Part shown: positions 8,878 to 19,429 of the stretch, piece by piece
Position numbering within the stretch: position 1 is the stretch's first letter
Layout of the letters: every line of letters starts with the position of its first letter
Assembly: GCA_036337435.1 (NCBI GenBank)
Contig: JAYZEG010000010.1
Span: 25,171 to 89,170 of the forward strand
Source: Myxococcota bacterium
GTDB taxonomy: Bacteria > Myxococcota_A > Bradymonadia > UBA7976 > UBA1532
Length of the DNA: 64,000 bases
Reading direction: 5' to 3'
The notes under the pieces: model-generated
Databases searched by the model: none
What the model saw: only the letters and a program-made list of their open reading frames with translations
Told to the model about the DNA's origin: nothing
Made by a program: the position numbers and the translations under genes

Positions 8878-10335
8878 TCAATCGATTGTGCAAAAGGCTG
8901 GAAAACTGACGTTTAATCCAGTCTGGAACGGACTCGGCGAATTCAGCCTGTGGGCAAATAAAAATTCGAGAAACCAAGGGGTGAACAGCGGCTTCCACTC
9001 ATGCCCTGTATCGTGATTACACGTCGCAACAAGGTGGCCATTGGATTTAAGCTTAGGAATGGCATCACTGGCGAAGGTAGAAAAGTTTTGACCTGCCGAC
9101 TCATCGCAATCACCACCCCAACCGTAAATGATCGGCATGGTGTTGGCGTTTGAATTAGGCATATCAAAAATAATTCCGCCCGAGTTGATTGCAGCTGCAG
9201 CAACAGTCTCTGCAAATTGACTCACAAGAAACGTTGTGAACATGCCTCCGCCGCTGTCTCCCGCAAGATACAGTCGTTCAGGATCAGCGCCGAGTGTTTG
9301 TTGAGCACATGTCAGTAAGTCATCCACCAAAGCGACGTCTGGATTATCGCCAGGCCGCCCTTGATCCCATTCGATTGCCAAACGCCGGGAGTAGGGTGAG
9401 ATCAAGATAAAATCAAAGGGGTCTACCAATCGATTCATGGCCGTGTCTTCTTCAATATCATCGACTTGATCCGCATTGATTCCATGAAACAGCAAGACTG
9501 TTTTGTACCGACCTTGCTGCGAGTGAGACTGCGGAAGTCGAATTCTCACCGTCCGTTCAATGCCGCAACTCGTAATGATGTTTTCCCCACTCACGAGGTT
9601 TGGACAGGCGTTCGGTTCGATCCGTTCACATGTTGTTTCCGCACCAGAGGAGCTGCAGCCATATGGTGAATCGGGCCTACGTTCAGACCACGGAACACCT
9701 CCAAAAGTGCTCTGCTGGAGCGCTAAGTCTAGAGTTTCAACCTCCCCTTGAACAAAGCCACAGATCGAGGCATTGCCCGTTACAACACCAATGAATTCTA
9801 GATCGAAGACCACATCGCTGCCCGTAGGGCTAAAATCACCGGGCATGACCGCATTTTCAAATGCCGCGACAAACTGCCCATTTTCATCCACATTCACATC
9901 ACTGGCGACAGCGAACGGCTCGCTGACTTGATCGTCCTTGTAGGCTCTCAGCCGAAGCTCGCTGAATCGCAAGCCTTGGTCATCAGCAAACACATCAATT
10001 TCGAGCTGGGTGTCGAGGAAAAAGTCGATTTCGGCCAGATAAATTCGCAGAAAATAAGCATCTGACTGCAAGGGGTCTTCACTGCCTTCAGGAAGCAAAC
10101 TGCGGACATCGACATCGGGCATGTCTTCATTGGTTTCAGCGGGCATTGACATGGATACAGACGTCGGTTCCATCACCGGATTTCCGTCTTGTTCTTCACA
10201 GCTTCGATAATCGTGATAGGTGCCACCGAGTTGGTATGGATCTGTCGTCGATTTATGGGAATCACCACTGCAGCCAAATACAAGCACGACAAGGCTGGTG
10301 AGCCCAACTCTAAACCCAACAATTTGATTTTTCAT
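8878..10335 (-). CDS. secreted lipoprotein, LpqC/PHB-depolymerase-family alpha/beta-hydrolase (esterase)
   Basis: Start set at MKNQIVGFRVGLTSLVVLVFGCSG (lipobox). The C-terminal half carries ..LLFHGINAD...RLYLAGDSGGGMFT.. (GxSxG) and a ..H.W tail, typical of COG3509 esterases. Confidence 0.7.
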   Translation of the reverse strand: MKNQIVGFRVGLTSLVVLVFGCSGDSHKSTTDPYQLGGTYHDYRSCEEQDGNPVMEPTSVSMSMPAETNEDMPDVDVRSLLPEGSEDPLQSDAYFLRIYLAEIDFFLDTQLEIDVFADDQGLRFSELRLRAYKDDQVSEPFAVASDVNVDENGQFVAAFENAVMPGDFSPTGSDVVFDLEFIGVVTGNASICGFVQGEVETLDLALQQSTFGGVPWSERRPDSPYGCSSSGAETTCERIEPNACPNLVSGENIITSCGIERTVRIRLPQSHSQQGRYKTVLLFHGINADQVDDIEEDTAMNRLVDPFDFILISPYSRRLAIEWDQGRPGDNPDVALVDDLLTCAQQTLGADPERLYLAGDSGGGMFTTFLVSQFAETVAAAAINSGGIIFDMPNSNANTMPIIYGWGGDCDESAGQNFSTFASDAIPKLKSNGHLVATCNHDTGHEWKPLFTPWFLEFLFAHRLNSPSPFQTGLNVSFPAFCTID

Positions 10336-10494
10336 CTCGCTCCTCAACTGAGATTTGGTGGCGCAATTCATTGGGTCAATGCCCATGACGAACGCCTGAG
10401 GTTGTCTGCAACTCAGCTTAGTCAAGTGAATTGCTGCTCTTCAAGCCCATCCCAAAGGTGACCGATACAGATGAGTGATGAGTAACCCGTGACG

Positions 10495-11283
10495 TCAGGA
10501 CCGAAACGCCTTCTTCTTCCGCGCCATCACTTGTTCAAGCTTGGCCCAGTTCTCTTTCACATCCGGTTCTGTCTGTACCACGACCGCATCCGATGACGAG
10601 TCAAAAAGTGGCTCTCGTTTGGCGTGTAATAGATCCGATTCCGTCATCAGTGCGCCCTCAAAATTCACGTCTCTGAGGTCTGCACCCTTAAAATTAGCCC
10701 CCCTCAAATCGGCCGCTTCAAAACACGCCATCCGGAGAGAGCTGCCTCGCATATCCAGGTGCTCGAGATCCATGTTACGAAGACCGGTATCTTTCAGAAC
10801 TGACGACAATTCATCGGGTCCGTCAGGCCATGGTGAAATCGAATCAACCAGAATGTTGGACGCCCGGAGTCGCTGCGCCATGATGCGGGACAGGTTGCGA
10901 TAAATTTTGAGAGACAAACTGTGGGGCGCGTTTTCAAGAAGCGTTTCAGAAAACGCAAATAAGTTGACCTCAGTGGCTGCCACGACACTGGCTGAGCGAG
11001 GCGCATTATCGATCAATGACATCTCGCCAACAGTCGCACCTGGTTCGAGTCGAGCAAGCTCGTCTCCACGGCCATTACTGTCGGATGTGACAACGAGTTG
11101 GCCGGCCATCAAAACAAACAGAGATTGAGCCGGTGTCCCTGCTGAAATCAAAACACTGCCGGCCTCCAAACGACGCGGCTTTGCTTGCTTCAGAAGGTAT
11201 GAAATCTCGGAGGGGCTCAGGTCGCTAAAAAGCCTGACTTTTTCAATGAGCCTGCTCAACTTGTCCTTGATCGCCAAGGCCAT
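10495..11283 (-). CDS. cyclic-nucleotide-binding domain protein fused to pentapeptide repeats
   Basis: cNMP-binding fold (..RLEAGSVLISAGTPAQSLFVLMAGQLVV...GATVGEMSLIDNAPRSASVVAA..) followed by A(D/N)LxxxxFxx pentapeptide repeats (ADLRGANFKGADLRDVNFEGA). Start moved to the internal MALAIKDKL. Confidence 0.7.
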   Translation of the reverse strand: MALAIKDKLSRLIEKVRLFSDLSPSEISYLLKQAKPRRLEAGSVLISAGTPAQSLFVLMAGQLVVTSDSNGRGDELARLEPGATVGEMSLIDNAPRSASVVAATEVNLFAFSETLLENAPHSLSLKIYRNLSRIMAQRLRASNILVDSISPWPDGPDELSSVLKDTGLRNMDLEHLDMRGSSLRMACFEAADLRGANFKGADLRDVNFEGALMTESDLLHAKREPLFDSSSDAVVVQTEPDVKENWAKLEQVMARKKKAFRS

Positions 11284-11781
11284 CCCCCAATCCAGAGTCA
11301 ACACGTCGCAATGCACAGGCGTCTTACTTAAGCGATCTAAGCACTTAAGACAAATCAAAACAAACCCACAGCAAAACCGCGAATCATGTTTGCCTGATAC
11401 AGCCTGTAGTGGCCTATATGGCCGACAAAGAAGGACCTTGGTTCGGTGAGAACGAATCCACACCGAGTTGGATGACCAAGTGGACGTCTGATATACGGCA
11501 TTCGAACAGCAAGTGACCGGCTTACAGTATGCCTGAGTGATTGGGATAAAAACGGAGAGCGATGCAACCCAAAGTCTGCTGGTGACCTCTTTAAGCGTGT
11601 ACTCACAGGGCGAGGCTGACTGCTTTCAAACAGCACCGGCCGCGCGGGTCACGCAAGACTTCGGGCCAGAATCGAACGGGTTAAAGTGGACCGAATGCAG
11701 CCAGGCGCTAGCTGTGTGGGCGAGGACAGTGTATTTGAACAGAGTGGCGCTGAATGCATCAGCAGGGGGTTTAAATCAACG

Positions 11782-12813
11782 ATGAAAAAACGAACCGGGA
11801 TTCTTCTCACCCAACTCGGCACGCCGAAAGCGGCGACGGTGGGTGCTGTACGTCCTTACCTTCGGCAATTCTTAAACGACCCCCGAGTGATCGACATTCC
11901 AGCGTTGGTCCGACTGGTTTTAGTGAATCTCGTCATCGTCCCATTTCGCGCGCCGAAATCGACCAAGATTTACAAGGAACTCTGGGAGTATGGTAACGGG
12001 CGATCCCCCTTGTTGACCATCACCAAAGCACTCACCGAAGAATTAAATTCACGGCTCAACGACGATGATATTTTTGTCCATATGGCAATGCGGTATCAGG
12101 AGCCGTCCATGGACTCAGTCCTCGAGTCGATGCAACGCGAAAACTATGACAAGATCGTCATCCTGCCCATGTTTCCCCATTATGCATCGTCTAGTTCTGG
12201 TTCAGCCATTCAAAGGGCGATGGACATCATCGCGAAGTGGTGGGTCATTCCGGAACTCGAAGTTGTCAGCCAATTTTACGATGCCGAGTTCTACATCGAT
12301 ACACTCGTCGAGCAAGCGCAGAAGCATGATCTAGACTCCTATGACCACATTATCATGAGCTACCACGGGCTTCCCGACCGCCACGTGGACAAAGTGTATT
12401 TGGACAAAGCAGACCTATGCGCACAACATAATTGCGAAACGGTGCTCGATGATACAAACAAGTTTTGTTACAAAGCCACCGCCTTTGAGACGTCGCGTCT
12501 GATCGCTGAAAAGATGGGACTTGATGACGATGATTATACGGTGGCTTTCCAATCGAGATTGGATAAGAAGTGGTTGACACCCTTCAGTGATGAGGTGGTC
12601 GAAGAGTTGGCCAAAGCGGGTAAAAAGCGGCTGCTGGTTTTCTCGCCTGCTTTTGTGGCTGACTGCCTCGAAACAATCATCGAAATCGGGTCGGAGTATC
12701 AGGAAATCTTCGAAGAGCACGGCGGTGAGAAAGTTCAGCTTGTCGCCAGTTGCAACACGGAAGAAACGTGGGTCAGCGGTCTCAGCGAGTTCATTCGCGA
12801 ACGACGCGCATAG
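11782..12813 (+). CDS. hemH: ferrochelatase
   Basis: GILLTQLGTPK N-terminal motif, MSYHGLPDRH and the acidic ..CLETIIEIGSEYQE.. segment. Start set at MKKRTG. Confidence 0.9.
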   Translation: MKKRTGILLTQLGTPKAATVGAVRPYLRQFLNDPRVIDIPALVRLVLVNLVIVPFRAPKSTKIYKELWEYGNGRSPLLTITKALTEELNSRLNDDDIFVHMAMRYQEPSMDSVLESMQRENYDKIVILPMFPHYASSSSGSAIQRAMDIIAKWWVIPELEVVSQFYDAEFYIDTLVEQAQKHDLDSYDHIIMSYHGLPDRHVDKVYLDKADLCAQHNCETVLDDTNKFCYKATAFETSRLIAEKMGLDDDDYTVAFQSRLDKKWLTPFSDEVVEELAKAGKKRLLVFSPAFVADCLETIIEIGSEYQEIFEEHGGEKVQLVASCNTEETWVSGLSEFIRERRA

Positions 12814-12900
12814 GTCGACATCGTTGAGGGAACTCGGACAGACTGACTCGACGGGTCGGCGGTCTTCTTGGGTCGATACCGTCGTTCGGTTACACAGCCA

Positions 12901-13773
12901 TCAGCGACTCAGCTGGTAGACATAGTTGGTGTCATACGTCCGTACGAACAGGCGGCCCAACTGATTTAAGTAAAAATCATCCGGCCCGGAACGCACTTTA
13001 TGGCGTTTCAGCACGACGCCTGAGCGCGCGGAGACCTGGTAGATATAATCAGGCTCTGAGGAAAACCCGTATCCGCTGACGATCACATCGCCAATCAGTA
13101 AAAAGCGCTTCGCATTAGACACCAGGGGCGGTGACTGCCAAATGACTTTGCCCGTGGCTGGCTTGACAGCCACCAAGGTCGCATTCCAACCATAAGTGCT
13201 CGCGGCGTATGTGTTGTGACCAACGGAGGCATACATGATTCCGTTCTGCATGATCACATGGCCGAGATTGGCTCCCACGAATTCTTCGTCACCGCTGCGT
13301 ACTCTGCGGGGTGCCAGAAGGGCTTCGAAATCCAGTGCATGAATGCGTTGACCCGCTGCACCAAAAGCGACGGCCCAGCGGCCTGGTGTCCATCGATATC
13401 CGGTTGGTCGTATGCCATAGACGCCGACGACGGGTTGCCCGACGCCTGTGGCCGTTGAATAACTGAGCTGCTGCAACCCGTAGCTCGTTGGAACACTCGG
13501 AAAGACTGTCCGGGTTTGGTCGACGGTGAACATACTGGCTTGGTACCCGACGCTCGCCCTCCACTCATCGTCATCGGTTATCTGATTGCGACGTTCAGAA
13601 AGCTTTCTCAACTTAAGCGGCTTCACTTTCACTTTACATGTCGCGCCATGGCAAATGGCCTTCGACGGAGTCAATTCAACCTTTTTTGATTGTTTGGCGA
13701 GAATTTGCCCAAACGACAATAAAGGGAGCGCAAGCGTTGAACCAAGCACCATCCAGGCGAATGCACGGATCAT
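12901..13773 (-). CDS. hypothetical secreted protein
   Basis: Signal peptide MIRAFAWMVLGSTLALPLLSFG. Gly/Tyr/Trp-rich, beta-rich body with no identifiable motif. Confidence 0.5.
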   Translation of the reverse strand: MIRAFAWMVLGSTLALPLLSFGQILAKQSKKVELTPSKAICHGATCKVKVKPLKLRKLSERRNQITDDDEWRASVGYQASMFTVDQTRTVFPSVPTSYGLQQLSYSTATGVGQPVVGVYGIRPTGYRWTPGRWAVAFGAAGQRIHALDFEALLAPRRVRSGDEEFVGANLGHVIMQNGIMYASVGHNTYAASTYGWNATLVAVKPATGKVIWQSPPLVSNAKRFLLIGDVIVSGYGFSSEPDYIYQVSARSGVVLKRHKVRSGPDDFYLNQLGRLFVRTYDTNYVYQLSR

Positions 13774-14022
13774 AATTAACTCCTTTGTCTCATCACAGAG
13801 TGGCTCGATGGCGTTGAACACCGGCGGGACTGGATGTGTTCCCACAATCGGCTTGTTGCCGGAGAAATATCAACGCTGAATTAAACCAGAGTCAACATCT
13901 AAACGGCCTCGCTGACCGATTCAGTTCGACCTCAACTGACCCAAGTTCGGATCCCTATTGAGCGAAGGCCCATCCGCTGTTAGGCTGCGCCGGTTCCAGA
14001 CTAAAGAACTTCAGGGGGGATT

Positions 14023-15540
14023 ATGGACCAGTTCATGAGTTTTGTTGGTATTCTGACTTTGCTCGGTATCGCCTGGCTAATGTCCAACAATCGACGGTTA
14101 ATGAATTGGCAGACCATCGGCGTAGGCATCCTGCTACAGGTTATCCTTGGTGCGATTCTGCTCAAGTGGCAACCCGGAATCGACGGGATTTCGTCATTCA
14201 GCGACGGGGTGAAAGATTTTCTTAAATTGTCCGAGCAAGGGTCGGGCATGGTCTTCCAAGACCTAGGTGTGTCAGCAAAATCCGGCTTTCAATTTGCCTT
14301 TCAAATCTTACCAACGATCATTTTCTTCTCCGCCGTTATGGCTGTTTTATACTATCTCGGTTTGATGCAAATCATCATCTCGTTTATGGCTAAATTCGTA
14401 AAGAAAGCCATGGGCACGAGCGGGTCAGAAACTCTGTCCGTTTCAGCAAACATTTTCGTCGGTCAGACGGAAGCTCCGCTGATGATTCGACCTTTCTTGC
14501 CTAAAATGACGAAGTCCGAGTTGTTCACCGTGATGGTCGGTGGGTTCGCAACCGTGGCTGGTGGTGTACTGGCAGCCTACATCGGCATGGGTGTCGATGC
14601 AGGCCACCTGGTCGTTGCATCAGTGATGTCAGCGCCCGCTGCCTTGGTGATTGGAAAAATCATGTACCCGGAAACCGAGGTATCGCAAACGGCTGGGGAC
14701 GTCGCCTTGCCAGATATTGATTCCGGCGACAATGTAATCGATGCAGCCGCTCGGGGTGCCACCGATGGCCTAAAGCTCGCGCTCAACGTCGCGGCTATGC
14801 TGATCGCATTCTTAGGCTTGGTCGCGGTTGCCGATTGGTTATTAGGAGGCCTCGATTCTTTGATCGATGGCTCGATGCTCGGTGGCGAGCAAATGGCGAA
14901 CAAAGAGTATTCCGGTTTTTTTCCTGGAAGCCTGACAACGATTTTTGGAACCCTACTGGCTCCCATCGCCTTCGTCATGGGTGTGCCCTGGGCCGATGCT
15001 GCTGCCGTCGGGAACCTGCTGGGTCAAAAGCTCGCGGTGAACGAATTCGTCGGTTATCAAACCCTGAGCGACTTGATTAAATCAGGCACGATCACCGAGC
15101 GGTCCGCCATTATTTCAACCTACGCATTGTGTGGCTTTGCCAATTTTGGCTCCATCGGGATTCAAATCGGTGGAATCGCTGCTCTTGCACCTGAACGCCG
15201 GAAAGACCTCGCTTCGATGGGTTTTAAGGCCATGCTAGGTGGTGCATTCGCGACCTGGCTGACCGCATGTGTTGCCGGACTGATGATCGGTGCACCAACC
15301 ACCGCAGAAACAGGCAAAGCGGTGAAGACTCAACCAGCCGTTCACTCAGTCGTGACCAGTTCCCGCTCCGTTGTTGCACCGACCATTGAGGAGACTGCAA
15401 AAACGATCATCAGAACGTCCGAGGCTCAATTGGCTCGAGCCACCGTTGGTGCCGTTGACAAGCAGCCCAATACGAAGGCCAATCGCCCTTTGCCGCTTAC
15501 CCACGGGAAAGAGGCACGAGACGATCGCACGGACCCGTGA
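14023..15540 (+). CDS. nupC: concentrative nucleoside transporter (CNT/NupC family) with low-complexity C-terminal tail
   Basis: Characteristic CNT segments ..FVGQTEAPLMIRPFLPKMTKSELFTVMVGGFATVAGGVLAAY.. and ..GNLLGQKLAVNEFVGY..YALCGFANFGSIGIQIGG.. Confidence 0.8.
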   Translation: MDQFMSFVGILTLLGIAWLMSNNRRLMNWQTIGVGILLQVILGAILLKWQPGIDGISSFSDGVKDFLKLSEQGSGMVFQDLGVSAKSGFQFAFQILPTIIFFSAVMAVLYYLGLMQIIISFMAKFVKKAMGTSGSETLSVSANIFVGQTEAPLMIRPFLPKMTKSELFTVMVGGFATVAGGVLAAYIGMGVDAGHLVVASVMSAPAALVIGKIMYPETEVSQTAGDVALPDIDSGDNVIDAAARGATDGLKLALNVAAMLIAFLGLVAVADWLLGGLDSLIDGSMLGGEQMANKEYSGFFPGSLTTIFGTLLAPIAFVMGVPWADAAAVGNLLGQKLAVNEFVGYQTLSDLIKSGTITERSAIISTYALCGFANFGSIGIQIGGIAALAPERRKDLASMGFKAMLGGAFATWLTACVAGLMIGAPTTAETGKAVKTQPAVHSVVTSSRSVVAPTIEETAKTIIRTSEAQLARATVGAVDKQPNTKANRPLPLTHGKEARDDRTDP

Positions 15541-15809
15541 CAACGTAGACTGTTCATCTCTGTGACCGCTTACTCCAACTGGCGGGTCGGTTCGTGAATG
15601 AGACGATAGTGTGACGATCATGAAAAATTCACAAAGAATAATGATCTCATCTTGAATTGTCTGGCATACTCGAGATGTTGACTGGGCATTCGTCGCATTT
15701 GTGCACGAGCAATGAACACCAGTCTAAACCGCACATTCACCCGAAGACCAGTGTGGTTTTCGAGGTGAATGATGCTTATACCTCCCGAAAAAAAGAGCCT
15801 TAGCGACGT

Positions 15810-17186
15810 TTACTCCGACGAGTTTGGCTGCTTCAAAACGCCTCGATATGTGATTTCACCGGTATTCGAATCAATGAATGTCACGGTGACCGAGTCTGTA
15901 ATCGGGTCAAAATTAAGGGTCGTGGCTGCCCAATCGCCCGATGAATATTCGACTTGTTCTGCCTCAAAAAACCTTTCAAATAAAGCCGGGTCAGATGAGG
16001 CCAATTCATATCGAGCACTTTTTTTACTGCCACCCGGGCCGCACAAGATTTCCCAAATGTTTCGCCTTAAACCGGTTTTTTCGACACGCCAAACAGCCCC
16101 CATGTGAAAATCACCAGATAGAAACCACACATTACGGATAGGGGAATCCGTAATAAAATTGAGTAGTTCATCACGTTGATCGGGAAACCCTTGCCAACGT
16201 TCATTCTCCGCAAACCAGACTGATGGTAGCTCGGCTATCGGCACAGAGTTTAGGATTACTTTGAAATGACAGTCGCTTTCTGCGAGTGCTGATTTGAGCC
16301 AGTTCATTTGCGCAACCGACATATATCGGTCCTCGGCCGGTGTGCGCTCATGTCGACAATCCAATACGAAAAACTCCGCGGTCTTACCCCATGTGTAGCT
16401 TGTCCACAACGAGCCGTTGGATCCACGCTGAGTCGGTGTTGATTCGAAGAAGGCATCAATCCCGATCTGGCGAATCACCGGATCAATATCCAGAAGTTCG
16501 TCATTATTAGCGACCTCATGGTCATCCCAAGTCTGATAGCTCCCAACCGAGCTCAGCAATTGACGATACTGTTCATTCTTCAATGTCAGGCCCCAAGCGG
16601 TCCTGAACTCGTCTCGGGTGGATGCACCATCGTTGTAACTCATGTCACCGAGATGGCAGAACAGGTCAAGCGGCAAAGTTGCCAGCGTGAGCAACGATGG
16701 AAAAGGCGCCCGTCCAGCAGATGTACATGCGGTCGCACCGATGAGCAAAGGTCGCAGGGTTTCAGCCCGATCGACGGTTCTAAAGCGACCGATATCGGAC
16801 CAAGTCTGGGTCTCCGATAGCCAGCCAAATCGATAAACTTGTTCTAAAGCCAAATCCGTCACGCGAACTTTGAGATAACCTGACTCGGATTCAACCCATT
16901 GATCCAAGACAGCATATTCCGGCCGGTCTTCCTCTCGCCACACCAACAATCGAGCCGCATCGGAGTCAGCGCAATATCCCCATAAAATCACGCTCGTTCC
17001 CGCCATTGAACCCGCTTGGACACCATAGGGAAATGTCAGTGACCGGCGATCTGGATCATCTGTAAAAGCCGGTAAATCGACGACTGTAGCCGGCCTTTCA
17101 GCGTCACACCCGGACGCCGTGGCAACGCTTGCGACAGCGAGGGTCTTGATAAACCGTCTGCGGTTTAAAACGGATGAGTGTGGCAT
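15810..17186 (-). CDS. phoD: Tat-exported PhoD-family alkaline phosphatase/phosphodiesterase
   Basis: Twin-arginine motif NRRRFIKTLAVASVATASGC. Metallophosphatase motifs GDMSYNDG, WDDHEVANN and SGDFHMGAVW. Confidence 0.8.
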   Translation of the reverse strand: MPHSSVLNRRRFIKTLAVASVATASGCDAERPATVVDLPAFTDDPDRRSLTFPYGVQAGSMAGTSVILWGYCADSDAARLLVWREEDRPEYAVLDQWVESESGYLKVRVTDLALEQVYRFGWLSETQTWSDIGRFRTVDRAETLRPLLIGATACTSAGRAPFPSLLTLATLPLDLFCHLGDMSYNDGASTRDEFRTAWGLTLKNEQYRQLLSSVGSYQTWDDHEVANNDELLDIDPVIRQIGIDAFFESTPTQRGSNGSLWTSYTWGKTAEFFVLDCRHERTPAEDRYMSVAQMNWLKSALAESDCHFKVILNSVPIAELPSVWFAENERWQGFPDQRDELLNFITDSPIRNVWFLSGDFHMGAVWRVEKTGLRRNIWEILCGPGGSKKSARYELASSDPALFERFFEAEQVEYSSGDWAATTLNFDPITDSVTVTFIDSNTGEITYRGVLKQPNSSE

Positions 17187-17437
17187 CTGCCTACCTTAAG
17201 GACGTGTGAAACCGAACTGCGAGGAACCAAATAATGCATAACCATACGATACAGATTTCCATCGTAAAAGATCCACCGCGAAGGCAAAGCAGTGGACCTT
17301 TACAAAATAAACATCCCAGTGCCCTGGGTGTTGATATCGAACGGGCTACGCAAACGACGTTTCAATGACAGATCACGGACATCGCAAACGCGAGTTTTCC
17401 TTGTCGCAGTGAATTGGATGTGACAGACCAATAGTCG

Positions 17438-19429
17438 ATGTTTAAACGTTTTATCAGCTTCGGCATTCTGATCTTGGGTGGGTGTAGCCAAACCCCTCAA
17501 ATTCATGTCCAAGGCGTACCAGACACGACGGCAAAGCAGACAGCCACTGGTAACAAAGGGACCAGAGATAGTGCCGTCGACTCAATGCTGCCCCAGGATC
17601 CAAAGCCTGAGCCTGCGCCAGAGAAGTGCGAGAAAATACTGGGACATTGGACTAAATGCTACGAGGGGGGCTGGCTATCCAACACGAAGGTTACGTCAAT
17701 GACGCAACTGTGCTTCGCGAGCAAGACACGTGAACCAGCAATTGAGGCGGAGGGTCGACGTTGGCAAGAGACGATTTACAGCGATATTGATGCCGTCAGT
17801 GAATGGGACTATGAACGGTGTCAAGTCGCTGGGCAGTGTCCCAAAAAGCTAGACCAATCTAGGCCGCCTGACATGGTGCCGAATGAGCCTGTTTTAGGCG
17901 TTACACAAGCGGGTGCAAATGCCTACTGCAGTGGACTGGGAAAGCGCCTGCCTACGCCCTCAGAATGGGCTCATCTGGGCGGATGTGGTGATAATGAGTC
18001 AACGAGGATCCTTCGGTGCGTCGATGCGGTTAAACCGGGGAAACTGAAAGCTGATTCACAGAAAAAAACGTATGCACGTCCCTATGCCAAAGCCGTTCGG
18101 AATGCTTACCTCTCTCGATTGAAGAAGGCCGGTACAAAGCAAAAAGGCGATCTGTGTAAACGCGCCTGTCGGAGAGGCGTGCCCTGGTTAGCGTGTGACC
18201 CCCATTTCGCAGACCACTACGGCCATCCACCTGAGAAAATGGCGACCGGATTTAAAATTGAAGACACCTACAAAGGAAGCGAACGCGTCGAAGCCCTGTT
18301 GCGGGGCTATGCCAATGAATTCCCACAGGTCACCCAACTGAAAACCATCGGCTACTCCAATCAGGGTCGAAGGATTTGGGCACTCCGAATTTTTCGACAG
18401 GCTGAAAAGGAAACTGGAAAGCCAGCTGTGCTCTTAAATGGCGCTCATCATGGAGATGAGCTCTTGGCTGTGGAATATGCAATTGATGCTGCACATTATC
18501 TCTTGAGTAATCAGGACAAGCCCCGTGTACAGAGGTGGTTGGATAGACTCGACATCTGGATTATTCCGCTGGTTAATCCAGACGGCAATCATCACACCTT
18601 ATTTCGCTCATGTAAAAATAACATTGGACGTAAAAACGGTAGAGACATTAATGGAGACGGCCGCTTTACGAGCGGTGAGGGCGTAGATCTAAATCGCAAT
18701 TATCCCTTTAAGTGGGGCTTTCTAGGCGAAGTGGGCAGTAAATCAGATTTTCGGCATCACCACTACCGCGGGCAAAACCCGGGGTCGGAGCCAGAGACAA
18801 AGGCTCTTATTGAACTGGCGAAGACCCATCGGTTCGTTACGGCTTTTTCATGGCACACCAACGGTAAACTGATCTTGTCGCCGTACACCATTCGCAAAGT
18901 AAAGAACATCGCACCTGATTTAGCATGGACGGCAGCTGAAAAACTCCAGTCAGCCATGACACAGAAAAAGTCACTGCGGTTTCGCGTACAGAAAGACATG
19001 TATCCGGTCGATGGGGTCGACCAAGATTGGCATTTCAATGCCAACGGGACGCTCGCCTATATCATTGAGGGTACACATCACAACCCGCAACGAATGCGGA
19101 CACGTAGGCTGTCTATCGAAACGTCCCGGCCCCTCTTTTCGGCACTGCTCGACTATACGCTCGATGCGCCTCGTGTCAGTGGCCGTATCGTCGACGGGCA
19201 AAAGCGACCACTTGATGCTGTGGTGATGGTAGACAAAGTTCGTTTCTACGAAGGGGAAACGTGGCGAACCCGAGCGCGCGACGGCCGCTTCGACCGCTTC
19301 GTGCCAGCTGCAGGCGTGTTTCGGGTGACGGTGTCAAAGCCGGGCTATACGACGCGATCCGTCGCCATAACAACAGGCCTGAAGGCAGAAGACACTGTCA
19401 TCCAATTAGACCGCACGCCGGACCCCTAA
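17438..19429 (+). CDS. lipoprotein zinc carboxypeptidase (peptidase M14) with N-terminal FGE-sulfatase-like segment and C-terminal carboxypeptidase-regulatory-like domain
   Basis: Lipobox ILILGGCS. M14 motifs GAHHGDE, NPDGNHH, DLNRNY and GSEPET. An upstream ..ANAYCSGLGKRLPTPSEWAHL.. matches the FGE/SUMF1 C-terminal signature. The tail VSGRIVDG..GYTTRSV resembles CarbopepD_reg. Confidence 0.8.
   Translation: MFKRFISFGILILGGCSQTPQIHVQGVPDTTAKQTATGNKGTRDSAVDSMLPQDPKPEPAPEKCEKILGHWTKCYEGGWLSNTKVTSMTQLCFASKTREPAIEAEGRRWQETIYSDIDAVSEWDYERCQVAGQCPKKLDQSRPPDMVPNEPVLGVTQAGANAYCSGLGKRLPTPSEWAHLGGCGDNESTRILRCVDAVKPGKLKADSQKKTYARPYAKAVRNAYLSRLKKAGTKQKGDLCKRACRRGVPWLACDPHFADHYGHPPEKMATGFKIEDTYKGSERVEALLRGYANEFPQVTQLKTIGYSNQGRRIWALRIFRQAEKETGKPAVLLNGAHHGDELLAVEYAIDAAHYLLSNQDKPRVQRWLDRLDIWIIPLVNPDGNHHTLFRSCKNNIGRKNGRDINGDGRFTSGEGVDLNRNYPFKWGFLGEVGSKSDFRHHHYRGQNPGSEPETKALIELAKTHRFVTAFSWHTNGKLILSPYTIRKVKNIAPDLAWTAAEKLQSAMTQKKSLRFRVQKDMYPVDGVDQDWHFNANGTLAYIIEGTHHNPQRMRTRRLSIETSRPLFSALLDYTLDAPRVSGRIVDGQKRPLDAVVMVDKVRFYEGETWRTRARDGRFDRFVPAAGVFRVTVSKPGYTTRSVAITTGLKAEDTVIQLDRTPDP

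Noticed and set aside
11537-11785. 82-aa ORF upstream of hemH, plus the longer hemH start at 11686
   Set aside because: hemH homology begins at MKKRTGILLTQLG (11782). The upstream extension has no similarity and would remove the 5' UTR.
15735-15778. Inverted repeat CATTCACC...GGTGAATG between convergent nupC and phoD
   Set aside because: It has a 22-nt loop, no U-tract and a weak stem, so it is not convincing as a terminator.
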